Shown: positions 34,283 to 47,174, counted from the whole stretch's first letter. The stretch: 63,999 nucleotides of DNA, filler included, from Dimargaris cristalligena (GCA_003614675.1; 4 parts of 4 records of this genome joined end to end with filler, not necessarily neighbours in it), one strand, 5' to 3'. Notes: generated by a model from the letters alone, not told the origin. Numbers and translations: made by a program.

Positions 34283-35431
34283 CATAGGTAAGTATATTTC
34301 TAAGTGCTCTTCCACTTTATGGCCTGTACCTAGGTGCCTTCTTATAAATTGATACCCCCCCCTGACAGCTAATAAACCCCCAATTGACAGATGCTCCAAA
34401 TTTAGTAAATTTCTTTCCAGCAAACTGGAATAGGATGCTTGAGTGATTAACCATTGCTACAGTTATATTTAATTCATACCCATGAAATTTAGCCCAATTT
34501 CATAGCCTTTTAAATGGTAAGTAGGTGAGTAAAGTAGCGGCCTGATTAATTTGTAATCAGGAATGCCTGATCTGTCAAACGGGCCTATTGCTATAAATTT
34601 TTAGATTTGGCCCCCCATTCCGTCCTTTCAGAAACTTATTAGTTAAGAAACCCGGGTGCAAGAATGGTGTCTGGAGGAGTTCACCGTCTCGGTAAGCCTA
34701 TAGCACTATTTAATCGTTGAGCTACCTCATCAATTTAGGCAATAACCACACCACTACTTCCAAATGGCGGGAGATATGTTTTCTGGGGTGTTTTTATATA
34801 GCCAAATGCCCATCAAGTACCATTTTTAAGCGTGACGTTGACCATCAGCTGCCCCTGGCCACAGACAATACCTACTAGACGATGGTATATAATGGGACAC
34901 TCTGGGTCTATCCAGCACTTTAAATAACAGCTGGTGGGTTTTTATTTTGGGGTTTTTTCTAGGCGGATAAATATATCAGGTGAACAAAAGAGCATTAGAA
35001 TGGCTTGGTTTGATTTGGTGGTGGAATAGGGCCATCGGCTTCCTATGTTTAGCTATCATCCAGTTGGAAGACAGAGGGAGGCCATATTCCAGTCTAAACT
35101 TTCTCTTCTTTTCGCTCGGCAGTGGTTGGATAGGGCCAGCCTAACCCTGGCGCTACTTTACCACCTCTGCTTTCTAAACAACGGAATACAATATTTTGCT
35201 TTGCTTTGCTTTGCATTTATCCTCTTTTGCGTCCTCTACTTATTTCTGCTCGTTAGTCTTCAATTGACCTGTCGAAATCCGCCCTCCTGCAGCGGAGTAC
35301 CCTGCGGATTTGTCCACCACCCCTTCCTTAATAACTTCGGAAAGCAACGCTTCCGTCGGTTCCTTCTTCATTCACCACTTAGTCTTTCTATTATTGGTAG
35401 TAGTCGAAGTAGTATTCATTCCTTGTTCACC

Positions 35432-36157
35432 ATGTCCCGTAAGCGCTCTCGCTCCGACTCCTTTGACCCGTTGCCCAGTAGCCAGAGCCCCTTCGCAAGT
35501 CACGAGCCCCCCACGGCTTATCACCACCACCATTCAGACCTCCACCACGAACCACAACCCCACCTTAAACGGGTCAGAGCTTACCACCCTGGAGCGGCGT
35601 GTATCGACAGCCCCTTAGAACACCCTATATCGGCATTGTAAGTATTGGCTCTTACGCAGTCCCTTTGATTCACTATTCTCCCGCATCGCTTGTCTTTGTT
35701 CGGCCTGGGAGCCGCAATGATAAAACCTGACTGTGGGGAGCCCTTTCCCACTCTGTCAGCATCTTTTATAGCCCGAGTATTGCGTCGGCTAACCCAACTA
35801 TATCATGCCCCTATGTGCTCGTGAATATGTATCGCCCCCGCCAGTCCGACGTTGCCTTCGGATTTCTACAAGCCAGCGGGATCAATATCGGGGCAGTCTG
35901 CCCTTTCACCACCCGGCCTGACATCCTTGGAATGGTCTCCACCAACGCCCATGACTGACCATTTCATTCCCGGTATAGTTGATCCTGTCCACCAATTCCC
36001 CTCGCCAGCAGATACTACCCTCAGTCCCATGGCTTACGAGACCCCTGGCACGTCCGCGGAATCAAGGGCCGTGTCCCGCTCGCATTATTACAATATCAAC
36101 CAAGTGCTCCACCAACTCCACCTAGAGCGACTCTTGCGGCAAAGCCATGACTCATAG
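35432..36157 (+). CDS. Small disordered protein with NLS and conserved C-terminal helix, FAM104/VCF1-like, 172 aa
   Basis: Exons 35432-35637 and 35845-36157; intron GTAAGT...GCTAAC(35788)...CAG keeps the frame. Begins MSRKRSR and ends YYNINQVLHQLHLERLLRQSHDS. Confidence 0.7.
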
Positions 36158-37835
36158 TAAGCTCGAGGTTTCCCACCGACACTCGGCCCATCGTTAGGCT
36201 GGCCTTTAAATTACACTTCGTCCAATTCGTTCCGTACTACTACTCTGTCTTCCTATTGATGTATTCTAATAATGTACATTTCTTCGGTCCGGTCTAGCGA
36301 CACTTCAATTTCCTTCTCCACGGGTGGGACTATTATGGCTCCTTCTGTGTCCTACAACAACATGTGCATTGTATTTTTAATGGCATTAAAGGCGTTAACA
36401 GCAATCGGTTATTTTAATATCATTATATATATATAACCACTGCTGTTAACGTTAAAAATCTGGTTATATAAATTGAAAATTAAATAAAGACAAATCACTA
36501 ATCATATTATTTAAGATAGTACCTTGGTGAGGTATCTTACTACAATCATATAGGTGAAGTAAACTGTGTTATAATACCAATCGAGTCGCCCTGGTTGTAG
36601 TCCTATCTCGTTGATGATTCCATATTAAAATATACAGATTCTGACATCGTATCCGTTGCTACCCAATTAGCCTCATCGAGAAATATTACTATCAACACAA
36701 TTTGAAAATATAGTCGGGCGAAAGTTTACCGCCTCTATTTATCAATGCCAGTATGCAGTGATCCCGCTAAAAGAACCCGCATCCGGAGTCCATCAATGGG
36801 ACTGCAGTCTAAATTGATTAATTACTACATGATTACCCAAGGGTAACTTGCAGTCCCCCGGGTGACGCAAAATCCCCACATTTTCACAAAACATCTCCTA
36901 GTTATCCGAGGTCCATACAAATACCCCGCTGGTGTGTTCCCCTTGGAACCAATGCATGATATTCCACGGCCATGCTTACCCATACCCCTTTTAGACATTC
37001 CCCTCTACAATAATAACCCCGTATATTGATAAACCTCCTGCATTTAGCAGTACCCGTTCAGTAGACGCCTATACTGTACTTGAACGGCTAATCATTGCGA
37101 CACGTATTAAACCCTAGTTCCCAAATCAAATCATAAGCCATACCACACTAACCCCTGCAGGACCAGTGACCCGACTTGGACTCGTACAGTTAGGACCACC
37201 GGTAACAATGTGTTCAATAACTCCCCCGGCTATCGAGGACCCGCCGCCGCTCCATAAATCTACTAACCACAATGCCAGGGCTATCATTTATTAAAGAAAT
37301 CGATTATGGGGGGTTATTTCGTGTTGATCCGATATTAGGTAGGCAGTCGATATGGCGAAACTCTGACGGAAAAATATCATTATAAAAATAAAGAATACTA
37401 AAAACGGGGTTGAAAAAGCGAAAAGTAAGGAACTGAACATGCCTGAATTACGGAATCGCAATAACCGTGCCAAGTAAAATAAAGAAGGTATAGAGTTGAT
37501 GAGGAATGGGAGGGGGGGTATGTAGATATATATATATATATGTGGGTGGGGAGGTGTGTATGATGTAGTTTGGCGAAAATATGGCGGTAGGAAAATAATA
37601 GTTGGGTGGATAATAGTAATAATAAGAAAAGTGTATATAATATTATGAGGCGAGGGGCTGTACAGATAACAATAAATAAATTAAATAGAAAGAGTCGTAG
37701 TGGGGTACAAGGGGGCGGGGAACAGTTTCAAGGGAAGCCGCTAATAAAGGATCAACTATGGAGGATCAGACACCGAGAGGATCAGATAGGGTGCCTAATG
37801 GAATTAAGAAAAGAAAAATGGTGAGAAGGAAATAT

Positions 37836-39764
37836 CTAGACAGAAATGGGCTGGCAAGGGGCCACCGATGAGGACGTAGAAGACGACGAGGACGATGACG
37901 CCGTTGACGACGACGTCGACGCTGATGAAGTGCTGGATGACGACTGTGGGGAATCACGCAACCCTTTTTGAATGGCGGGCAGCCAGCCGGCGTGGTGGTT
38001 CTGATAGGCATAAGGGGCATCCTTGTGGTACTTTTGGTAATTGGGACCGAATCGGTATTTAGCGCGGGATGGGTCCGCAGTAGACGGCACATCGATAACC
38101 AAAGGTCCCGCCCGTGTTCTGAGGAAGGTCACACAGTCCTGCACGCTGGCCATCGTCTGCCCCGTTACCTCTTCGAAGAAGGAGTCCTTCAAGTAATCGG
38201 GCGCAAACCGATCCAGGACCAGGTAAAAGGAAGCCGCGGCCAAGGTCGAGTAGCTGAAGCGGAGACTATGGGTGTGATGAAGGGCCACATCCGCAATGTG
38301 GCTGGCGTAGAAATACCAGTTCGAAGGTAACTGGGGGATGTGGGCGAGTAGAGGGCACAAGGTTGGTTGGTAGGACTGGCGGTGGATAGCCGGGTTGAAG
38401 GTGGGCGGCTTGGGCCGATGGGCGGTGGAGGCCGGGAGGGGAGCGTGAAAGACGGCGGGAGCGCGTTGGGAGGCCCGGTGGAAGAAGGTGGGTAACCAAT
38501 GCTGGATGGTGGGCGGGGTGAGGCGCCATTTGATACCCTTGAGCACAATATGTTCCGCCCGCTTGAGCTGACCCAGATCAAAAGCGCCCTGGGCCAAGTC
38601 GACCAGCTCCTTCAGCTTAGGGCAAGTGTATTCCTCCAGTTTGATGGCAATTGAGAGGCACGCGGTGGCCACGCATTGGAGAATGTCGCGGGTCACGTGG
38701 CGGCAGGAGGAGAGGAAGCGATCGAGGAAATTGACCGCCATGTGGATAGTCGCCCGGTGCAAATGGAAATCGGCGCCAACTTCCAGGAGCCAGTCGACCA
38801 GAATGGGGCGCATGTGGACGTTGAGGTCAGGGTGGTTGACCAAATAATGGGGATCGACCGTGTAGTCGGCCTCCACCCGCTGCATATGGGCGAAACAGTC
38901 CCGTTCGGTGGCGGCAAAGGCCTCGGCCAGCGGATTCGGGGCGTCCACGCACAGGGTGTGGTCGCCGTCGCTGTCGTCGTGGTCGCCTTCGGCATGGGCC
39001 GCCAGGGGGGAGGCGGGAAGGGGGCTGGTGGAATGGACACTGCGCCAGGCCGAATGATTAAGTAGGGTATCGGTGGACGCGTCAGAATAAGGAGACGACG
39101 GGTGACAGGACCGACCGTGGAGGTCCAGGCTATCCCCGCCGCTGGCTGGGGAGGGATGCCCATTCCCACCAGCGGGAGTGTATTCATTATCATCATCCGG
39201 GAGGACGGGGGGGGACAATAAAATAACCACTGGGTTTTCGGGGATTTTCGTGGTCAAGTCAATGTATTCCGACAGGGCATTACCAGTGACTGTATCGCCA
39301 TCCAACAGTGCGGTGTCATCAAACGAATCCTGCACGGGCGTGCAGAGCCGCTTGGAACTGGGGCCCTCGTTGTTGTCGTCCTCCAAATGGTGGCTATCTT
39401 TGAAAATGGACAATACGGTAGGCAAACGTCCCCGGCGGTTGGGGTCGGGCCGGGTGGGCAGGGACAGATTATAGGAGGTGCGACTCGCCAGGGAACACCC
39501 ATTCCGGAGCCCCGACAGCCGGCTGGTGGTGGGGATGGGGGATTTGCGTTCGGTGGTGCTGAACCATTTACTGGGAACGGATTTACGGCTGGGTTCAAAC
39601 CCCATCCGCTGGGTTACCCAACTCTCAATAGCCCCGGGGATTTCCCGAAACCGCCGCCGCGGGCCCACCGTCGAGGCGTTCGGCTTGGGCGAAGGGTGCG
39701 GCCCGGTGATGGGGCGACTGCTGTCGAGGGCAGCGCTTTTACGCTTAAAAAGTTGGGCGGTCAT
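37836..39764 (-). CDS. Cyclin, cyclin E-like
   Basis: Cyclin box MRPILVDWLLEV...LHRATIHMAVNFLDRFL...IAIKLEE. Also KWRLTPPTIQHWL, SLRFSYSTLAAASFY and AYQNH. An in-frame acceptor at 39786 means an upstream exon is possible. Confidence 0.85.
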   Translation of the reverse strand: MTAQLFKRKSAALDSSRPITGPHPSPKPNASTVGPRRRFREIPGAIESWVTQRMGFEPSRKSVPSKWFSTTERKSPIPTTSRLSGLRNGCSLASRTSYNLSLPTRPDPNRRGRLPTVLSIFKDSHHLEDDNNEGPSSKRLCTPVQDSFDDTALLDGDTVTGNALSEYIDLTTKIPENPVVILLSPPVLPDDDNEYTPAGGNGHPSPASGGDSLDLHGRSCHPSSPYSDASTDTLLNHSAWRSVHSTSPLPASPLAAHAEGDHDDSDGDHTLCVDAPNPLAEAFAATERDCFAHMQRVEADYTVDPHYLVNHPDLNVHMRPILVDWLLEVGADFHLHRATIHMAVNFLDRFLSSCRHVTRDILQCVATACLSIAIKLEEYTCPKLKELVDLAQGAFDLGQLKRAEHIVLKGIKWRLTPPTIQHWLPTFFHRASQRAPAVFHAPLPASTAHRPKPPTFNPAIHRQSYQPTLCPLLAHIPQLPSNWYFYASHIADVALHHTHSLRFSYSTLAAASFYLVLDRFAPDYLKDSFFEEVTGQTMASVQDCVTFLRTRAGPLVIDVPSTADPSRAKYRFGPNYQKYHKDAPYAYQNHHAGWLPAIQKGLRDSPQSSSSTSSASTSSSTASSSSSSSTSSSVAPCQPISV

Positions 39765-42700
39765 GGGGCGACGTTGTTGGTAAAACTAAAAATAAAAGAG
39801 ATTGGGTCAACCGAGCTCTATGAAAAAGGAGAAATTTGGTGGGGCGGGGGGTCTATTAACTAGTGCAACGACCCACAAGAGCAGTGGTACAGGGTTATCA
39901 ACGCGTTTCAAAGCCCAGAGTCTGGGTTACCCAAACATACAACAATACAGTGCCGGGGGGAGTGCGGTGGGCTTCGTTGAGCTAAATGATATAAAATTGG
40001 GGGGTAGTTTCAAACGCCAAGTAACGTCTTTGGGTAAGTATGGGGACCGATAGATTCAGCCCAGGTGTCAGCCCGATACCCTCGCACTGGGGAGAGAGGC
40101 GGCGTTGGGGAGGGAGTCGGAGTCAGAGTCGGTCAATAACCGGACGACGCTTCTACTTTTGTGGTGGGGGAATGACCCAGCGGATCCAGGGCACCGGAAT
40201 GCGGGATACTGGCGGAGCTTGTAGGTGGGACGTACCCAAAGGGGTAGAGACAAAGACGCCACTTAGAACTGAGAGGCACGCCACGGGAGCTTCTGGGCCA
40301 GTCTAGTGGATACTGGGCTACGATATTCGAGCGACGAACAGCCAAGGAATGCGGCGAGTTGCCAAGTCCTAAAACCACGGCGTAAACCTCCGACAGAGTG
40401 GAGAAAGAGAGTGAGAAAGAGAGAAGGAGGAGAGGAAAAAAAGCTACAGGATAATTAGACCAACACTGCTCGTGAGGAAGTGAGAAAAAGGCACTAGTGG
40501 ATTATAGTTAATTTGGGATAGGCTAATTAGATAATTGTGAGAGGAGGGGGTTAGTTCGATGATGGATTAGAAAGTAGATATAAGGATGCTGGGTATCGCC
40601 ACCGCACGTTAAAAGGGTCATTGGCGAAGCGGAGTTGAGCTGGCCGCCGCGGCCCTTTCTATATATACAATTATAGTGGGTAGGGTTTGCTGACGGGACG
40701 GCTCTGGGTCGGACTGCGCGCGCGCCCCTGGGACGTACCTCAGCAACACTCCCTGTTAAGCAAGCCTCTCTCTCTCCTCTTTTTCCATGTCGGTCTCTGT
40801 CGCGGTCGATCACACTGGAGGAACGAGGTCATTGCAAAGACTATAGCTCACTACTTACTACCCGAAGCCCCGTTGGCCTATTAAAAAGATTCCCGGAATC
40901 CCTCCATTTACCAGCACAATAGTGCCATAGGCTACATCAGCCGGCCCTCAAGCAAGCAAGCTAGTTTACAGCGGGGGGGAAATGTCCTCCTCTATCTCGA
41001 TCGCCTTCATATCCTACACGAGCCCACCGGAATAGCCTCGTTCAATGGCTCTATTCTTTCAACCGGCGGTGAGAATTGTACGAACCAGGGTTCCGCGGCC
41101 CACTCGCAAGGAGAGGCCCACCCCTTGGCTATGCGCGCCCAATTCACTGGTCGCTAATTTGGCAATTTGAGGGGTCACCCTAATATGACCCTAGCCGTAC
41201 CCTCCTCCTAGTTCCGTTCCTCCTCTGCCGCTGCAATCCACCCTAATCCCAACAGGAGAGACGGCGTGGCCCCCGCTGGACCTCCTTCTTCCCTTCCACA
41301 TCTACATCCACACCCACCCACCTACACCCCTACACACCTATACACACACCCACACACACTCCCTCCCTCTCTCTGGTAGCCTCTGTCAGTCTCTCCTCTT
41401 CATTGCCATGGTTGCGGGTGGCCGCCCTATCCGGGGATGGTCAATGCCCTAATCATAAAAATAATAACAATAACAAGCCGCCACCGGCTGAACGAGCATC
41501 GGAATCCCAAGTACTACAGTAGTGCCAATGAAAGTGTTCGAAAGCGAGATCTTCGAACCGGTTGGTTTGTTCTGCTTTCTTCAATGTGGGTTTTTCCCTG
41601 GGCGTTTCATTATATATATTTACCCATCCGTTGGAAAACCCAAAGTGCGGGAGGGTCGCTCTTTCAGCCAGATTCCCACCGCCTCTAGGTTACTCTCAAG
41701 TCACTACTGTCAAAGTTCACTAGGGCCTTTTTTACACTGCTTCACTTCTTTTTAAACACTCCCTTGAATCCATCCCATACATACATAGTAGTCACTAAAC
41801 CACCTGGATTGGCCAACTCCTTCACTATCCCACTCCCTCATAAATGACAAGACTTACATTACAGTCCAGGTCGGACTGTACGATGCTGGACATTCAATAG
41901 TGACATCGGCCATACAGATCATGCACCTATGGGCTTCGAATGTACACGGTGCTTAGGCCCTTAGGCAGGTGGGCTTAGCTAGGCGTCATTAACCATTCAC
42001 TGGAATGTCGTAAACCGTTGGCACGTACCCCCCCTCTCCTGCTCGAATAAATAGTAGACGGCATATTTTTAGGACAGCACCACGTTAGAGAGCCTGACCC
42101 CTGCCATTGCGGGGAGGGGAGTTGAGGGGGAGCCAACACCGTGCCTCGACTCGTTGTTCTCCATTCGGGTGTACTTACTATCCCTCCCTCGGTATAGAGT
42201 TACCCCGCTATTGACCTACATTCCATCGCCAACTCCACTCCGTGTATATTGTAAAAATAGCCCGTGAAGGGATGCCATTAATTCGAACCGAATGAAAATG
42301 ACCTCCGCCACCGTCTCAATTGATTAATACGATTATAGACTTTCCTGGTGGGGCGTTCGCTAGTAAGCCACAGTGACCTGGCCGTATTCGATCCGAAGCA
42401 TCGGTTAGACTACTCATATCTAAGGGAGGAGGGGGTCGTTTTATCTATCGATTTGGGACTGCAGGATCTACTGCTGTAGGCGCCCTGTCGCATACCAAGG
42501 ACCGGTGAAACGGTGGGAACTGGATAGATATTAAGGTAGGGGGTGGTCGTCGCCGTCAACTGTTCCACAGTGTTTCGGCAGGGTGATAATTCCCGCGTGC
42601 ATTCAGAAAAGGGAGGGTCGAAGGAAAGGTCAACCAAAAGAAGAAAAAACAACAACAAAGACGTAAAGGGGGATGGGCATGGTAATATCCGGATACTCCC

Positions 42701-45484
42701 AATGCACGGTCCAGAGCGTCGATTGAGGAATAAACCGATAATATAGTATCTGTTTTGGGAAGGCCCTGTAGTTGGGCGTATTCTTAGACTGCCCAGATTG
42801 CTTTGCATCTATTTTGGACCTTCAACAACTGAATGTTTACCTTTAATGTCAATCCCCCATTGCCTATATTCAGAGCCACTCAATTTTGGAAACCATCCAG
42901 CGGATTATCGACCTTCAATTTTGGAATTGGGATATTCTCGAGACCTGCTGAGCTGGGCACTACCCTCCACACCCATCCATGTATACCACTGTACATACAT
43001 ACATACATATATATATGATCAAATATAAAAATATAAAACACATCTGAGCATACCGAATAAGCTACCACTAGCTCATGGGCCTGTGGATTTGGCTCCACGG
43101 TTCAGTGGTTTCATTATAAACAAAGCTCCGACTATCTTAGGGATTGCTCCCGCTAACTGTATTTACATTCTCCGCTCGCTTCCAACTCTCACTCGTTCAT
43201 TAATGCTCACTGTTTTGCAAGTATACAAAATATTCGGAATATCGCCGATGGTAATCAAAATGTTCAGGTGTGAATCAACTGGGGCAGTAAGGGATGTCGC
43301 TTATATATATATATTAAATGCGGGCAGGTATGTGAAATACTTATACTTATATTTGTGCTTGGATATCGGGTTTATTAGTACTACATATATGGGCTGATAG
43401 AATGAGGGGGTTAATAGTTTCATCATACACCCAACCATTGTCTACTGGTATCTCAGAGGAGGCGTGCACTTAGGCAAAGGTGTCCTGGAGGTGATTTCTT
43501 ATCCCTCTCCCCTTTCCCCGCCGAACCTCACGTGTGACCGTTTCCTGGGCTTTACCTATATTCAGTACTAAAAAATAGAATCAATCCAAAGGGTACTTAT
43601 TGGTGAGGCAAAAACTCTATAACAGTTTCATGGCCAACTCCAAACTGACCACGGGCGGTCATTGGACAAACAGTGTGGTTTTGGAAGAAACTAACCGGGA
43701 ATAACTCCCCTCCCCCCATATTGACTATATAGCATAGTACGTTCAACTGGTAGCTAACCTAAACCAAAACAAATACGGGTCAGCTTTTCCCCAACGACCC
43801 ATCGGTACCAATACCGGCCAATAGATAATGTGTATGCCCAGCGCCTCATTTTCGCAGCCTTTAAAAGCCAGGTTTAAAGTCCACCGCAAGAGTTACTCTC
43901 CCCTAGGCGAGTTTCCGAAGGAATTCTTAGCCAGAATGGTTCCACACTAAGAAGATAATGTGATACGACTCCCACTGCTATAAATTGTAGTGGGATGCCG
44001 TTAGCGATAGTTTGTTATTATTATTCTGACAGAGTGAGTGGGCTGGTTACTAATAAGCATTTACAGTGACCAAACTGTAAAGTATCTACTTGCTCATTGC
44101 CCTCTCCCCTTCACACTCTTTATACGGACTAATGAGAGTAAGAGTAATATATTATTAATCCTAAATGGTTTTCATTAGATATTTCAACCACTACAATGGT
44201 GAGTGAGTCTTTTCACGCCCTCTCTTCAACCTAGCTTACTGTTTTAACGGAGTGAATGGTCCCTATCCTCGGAAAAAACCAACAGGAGGCTTTTGTTGGC
44301 CGATTAAGGTGAATATAGGCAAACATGTATAAGAATAAGCTGTGTTTGCGGGTGCCGCTATGAACATGGCTGTACGCTCACCCGTAATTACATTGAAGGC
44401 ATGTTGACGATAATAATGTTAGAACACGAGTAATAGCATACCACCATGGATTTGGATGCAGTTCAACCTAGTTGAAAAACCGAAAATCCGTCTAGCAGAG
44501 TGACTCTATATTTCAAAAAAATTATATATTCAACTATTTTCTGGTTTGCCATTCGTTAAGAAATCTCTATTGCTTAGTTGGGGTTGACCCAGTTACAATC
44601 AATATGAAGCACATGCTGTCAGCAACGGCAACCAAGATCGTCCTAAATGCAAATATGTTATGAAATAACACAATTTGATCCCCGAAGCACACCATCACAA
44701 TTATAGTACACCAAATGGTGTTATGATGAACCAGACTCACGAGCCACCACTAAATGCTTAGTTAGATGTGGCATCCAGTTGGTAGATCATGGGTTTAATA
44801 AGAAAATAACGTTTATGAAGGATATAAGTGCCAATGCACAGGACGGCCACCCATAGGCATTAGGGTTATCCATAGCAATAGACCTTACTAAATATTAACA
44901 ACAGCACTACTAAGATAATAGATGTTTATTAGGCGTCAACTAAATAGAAGTAGTAAGGTTATAATCACACCACTAGGCAGTGGTCACCAGGCCCATGTCA
45001 TCATAATTAGACCACAATACATTGCACAAAGTAATAGGAATTCGTTTTTTTTGGTATTTATCAGGCACTGGATCTGGAAAGACCTCTTGTTGGGATGTGT
45101 TGTGATTAACGGCAGGCCCTCTCAGAAACAATATAGTTGCAATGGAAAATGATGCCTGAATCGTTTAAATAATACAGGAAAAAATCTGCAAAAGAAGGTT
45201 TAGACTCTTCAGCAATAATATTTACCAGGTAGGGGCAGGGCAATCAGGGTTGGCTGTATAAATACCGCCAGGATAAGCATTGGTTGTGCACTTGGGATAT
45301 GCCGATTTTCAATATGGAAATGTTATACTCTACCGTTATTAGCAAAATTGTATAGAAATAGAGGGGTATAATAATAAACTCCAATAACCGGTATTCATAA
45401 ACACGATACCCGATTCGACCCCAGAGAGTCGCTGTAGTATCGATCAGATATGACTATAAATAATGGGCGAGAGTGCTGGTAGGG

Positions 45485-47174
45485 TTACTCGTCTTGCTGC
45501 AATTCGATTGAGGGTGCCAACAGATTCTTAGCATACTCCGGCGATAATATGGCACCTTCACCATCCTTGACCTGCTTCAGGAAAGTCTCTTTACGTACCC
45601 GAATGGCCACCACCGATTGAACACTACCCTTGGGTTTTCTTACAATCAGGGAGCCCGAAAGCCCATATTTCAAAAAGCAGTCCTGCCAGGTATATCCTCG
45701 TCGGGCGCGGGCCCATTTCCGATTGTCAATTTCGTGCATAACTCTTTCATAACCGAGTATTTTAGCGCATTGGTGCGGGTTGTCCGTATTATCCTCAAGT
45801 ATTTCGAACGCCCATTCGCGCAAACTGGTAACCTTGAATTCCAGGACCATGAGGGCGAGAAAACCAGAGACCATAAGGACAAAGGGGCTTCCGCCCTTAC
45901 CCCGCCATTGCTTAATCAGTAACTTCATCCTAGCTACATCGCCACGGCGGGCCAATAGGGCAAACAGGTGAGATATAACTTGATACCCAATGATATGTAA
46001 AGCAATATCCCTCGTACTAGGCCAATTTATACCATAGTTATCAACTAGGTTGGTAAACACTGCGCTGTTCAAGTCCAGATGGCTTGTACTGCTTGAGGCT
46101 GGATCCGCACGACTTAAATCCGCTTGCCACTCATACATATTAGGTGGCTTCCTGGAGTGAAGAAATACGAAGAGAAGCGGAAATGCGGCCAGCTGCTGTT
46201 GCCCGGTCAATGAGTCGTAATTGACATAGACCCATTCCTGCTCGAGGCCATTCTTCATATTTTCCAATTGGGTTTTTTCCTCCCCTGGTCTAAGGATAGA
46301 ACCAATTATTAACGTTAGTCTGTCGATAAACTCCGATGCCACTGCCGTATCATACTCGATGGGGATAGTTAATTTAAGTACATCAGCGGGGGCCAATATA
46401 TTGCCTTTAATGCCTTTTTTGGCCGCGCTATAGGCAGTGTTGTATTGCACTGATTGGCATATTTGCTTTACTAACTGGAATAAATATCACCGGCGGCAGT
46501 AAAGTATACAGAGACAAAGCATTATACCAGTGGTTGGTTTTAGAATGTCTGCTCATGCATCGGGGATAATAACTAAAGACATTGTGTAAATTAAAATAGG
46601 GCTGTGGTATAATGGTGTAACTCCTACTGCTCATATACGCAGGCCAAGTTGTTGAACTGTAGATAAAATCCGCTAAATGGAATGGAGTAATAGGTGGGTT
46701 ATCTGTACCAGAACTTACTATAGCCGAAGGGTAGACGCCCACTAATCCCCTTCCGTATTCGCCGATAGAAAGTACGTCGATGGTTTCTTCGGCCGGGAGA
46801 TAACCAACAATCTTGCTCTTTAGTTCAAAAGGAAGCTGATTTATGTAATACTTTAAGGGCAGATTTTTATGGGTAGGTTTAGAATGTTCAGCGGGAGGTT
46901 GTTCAATGTCGGATTCCGACTGCGATACAATGCCACCGTGGGTGTCAGAACTGTGAGTTGCGTCAGTGGCATGGTCATCGACCTCCGAGTTGTCCCACGC
47001 CTCATCGTTGAAGTTGCCGGACCTCGCATCATACCAAATAGCATTGTCCCCGGCTTCGGTTTCGGGAGTTGGATCAATGGTACGGGGACCAGTAGCGGAC
47101 GGCTGGGGGCGGCTCGCAACGTAAAGAGCCATGGCCAGGCCGAGTACAGTGACCGATGCGAGTGGCGCTCTCAT
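45485..47174 (-). CDS. Secreted protein with an F-box-like motif (candidate effector), ~481 aa
   Basis: Exons 46719-47174 and 45485-46474. Intron 46475-46718 (GTAAGT...CAG, phase 0) joins the two ORFs. Signal peptide MRAPLASVTVLGLAMALYVAS; motif INQLPFELKSKIVGYL. TATAAATA at ~47357-47364. Confidence 0.68.

Noticed and set aside
143..39764. Apparent cluster of animal-like genes (CHERP, CENP-M, ZFC3H1, VCF1, cyclin E) as one system or HGT island
   Set aside because: They lie on three unlinked contigs, use host-type introns, and are best explained by ancestral retention.
39901..40014. MCB (ACGCGT) and CHR-like (TTTGAA) motifs upstream of the cyclin; E2F-like GCGGGAAA near 15030
   Set aside because: Six- to eight-mers are expected by chance, the transcription start is unknown, and the best E2F-like site is at SPF1 rather than a cell-cycle gene.
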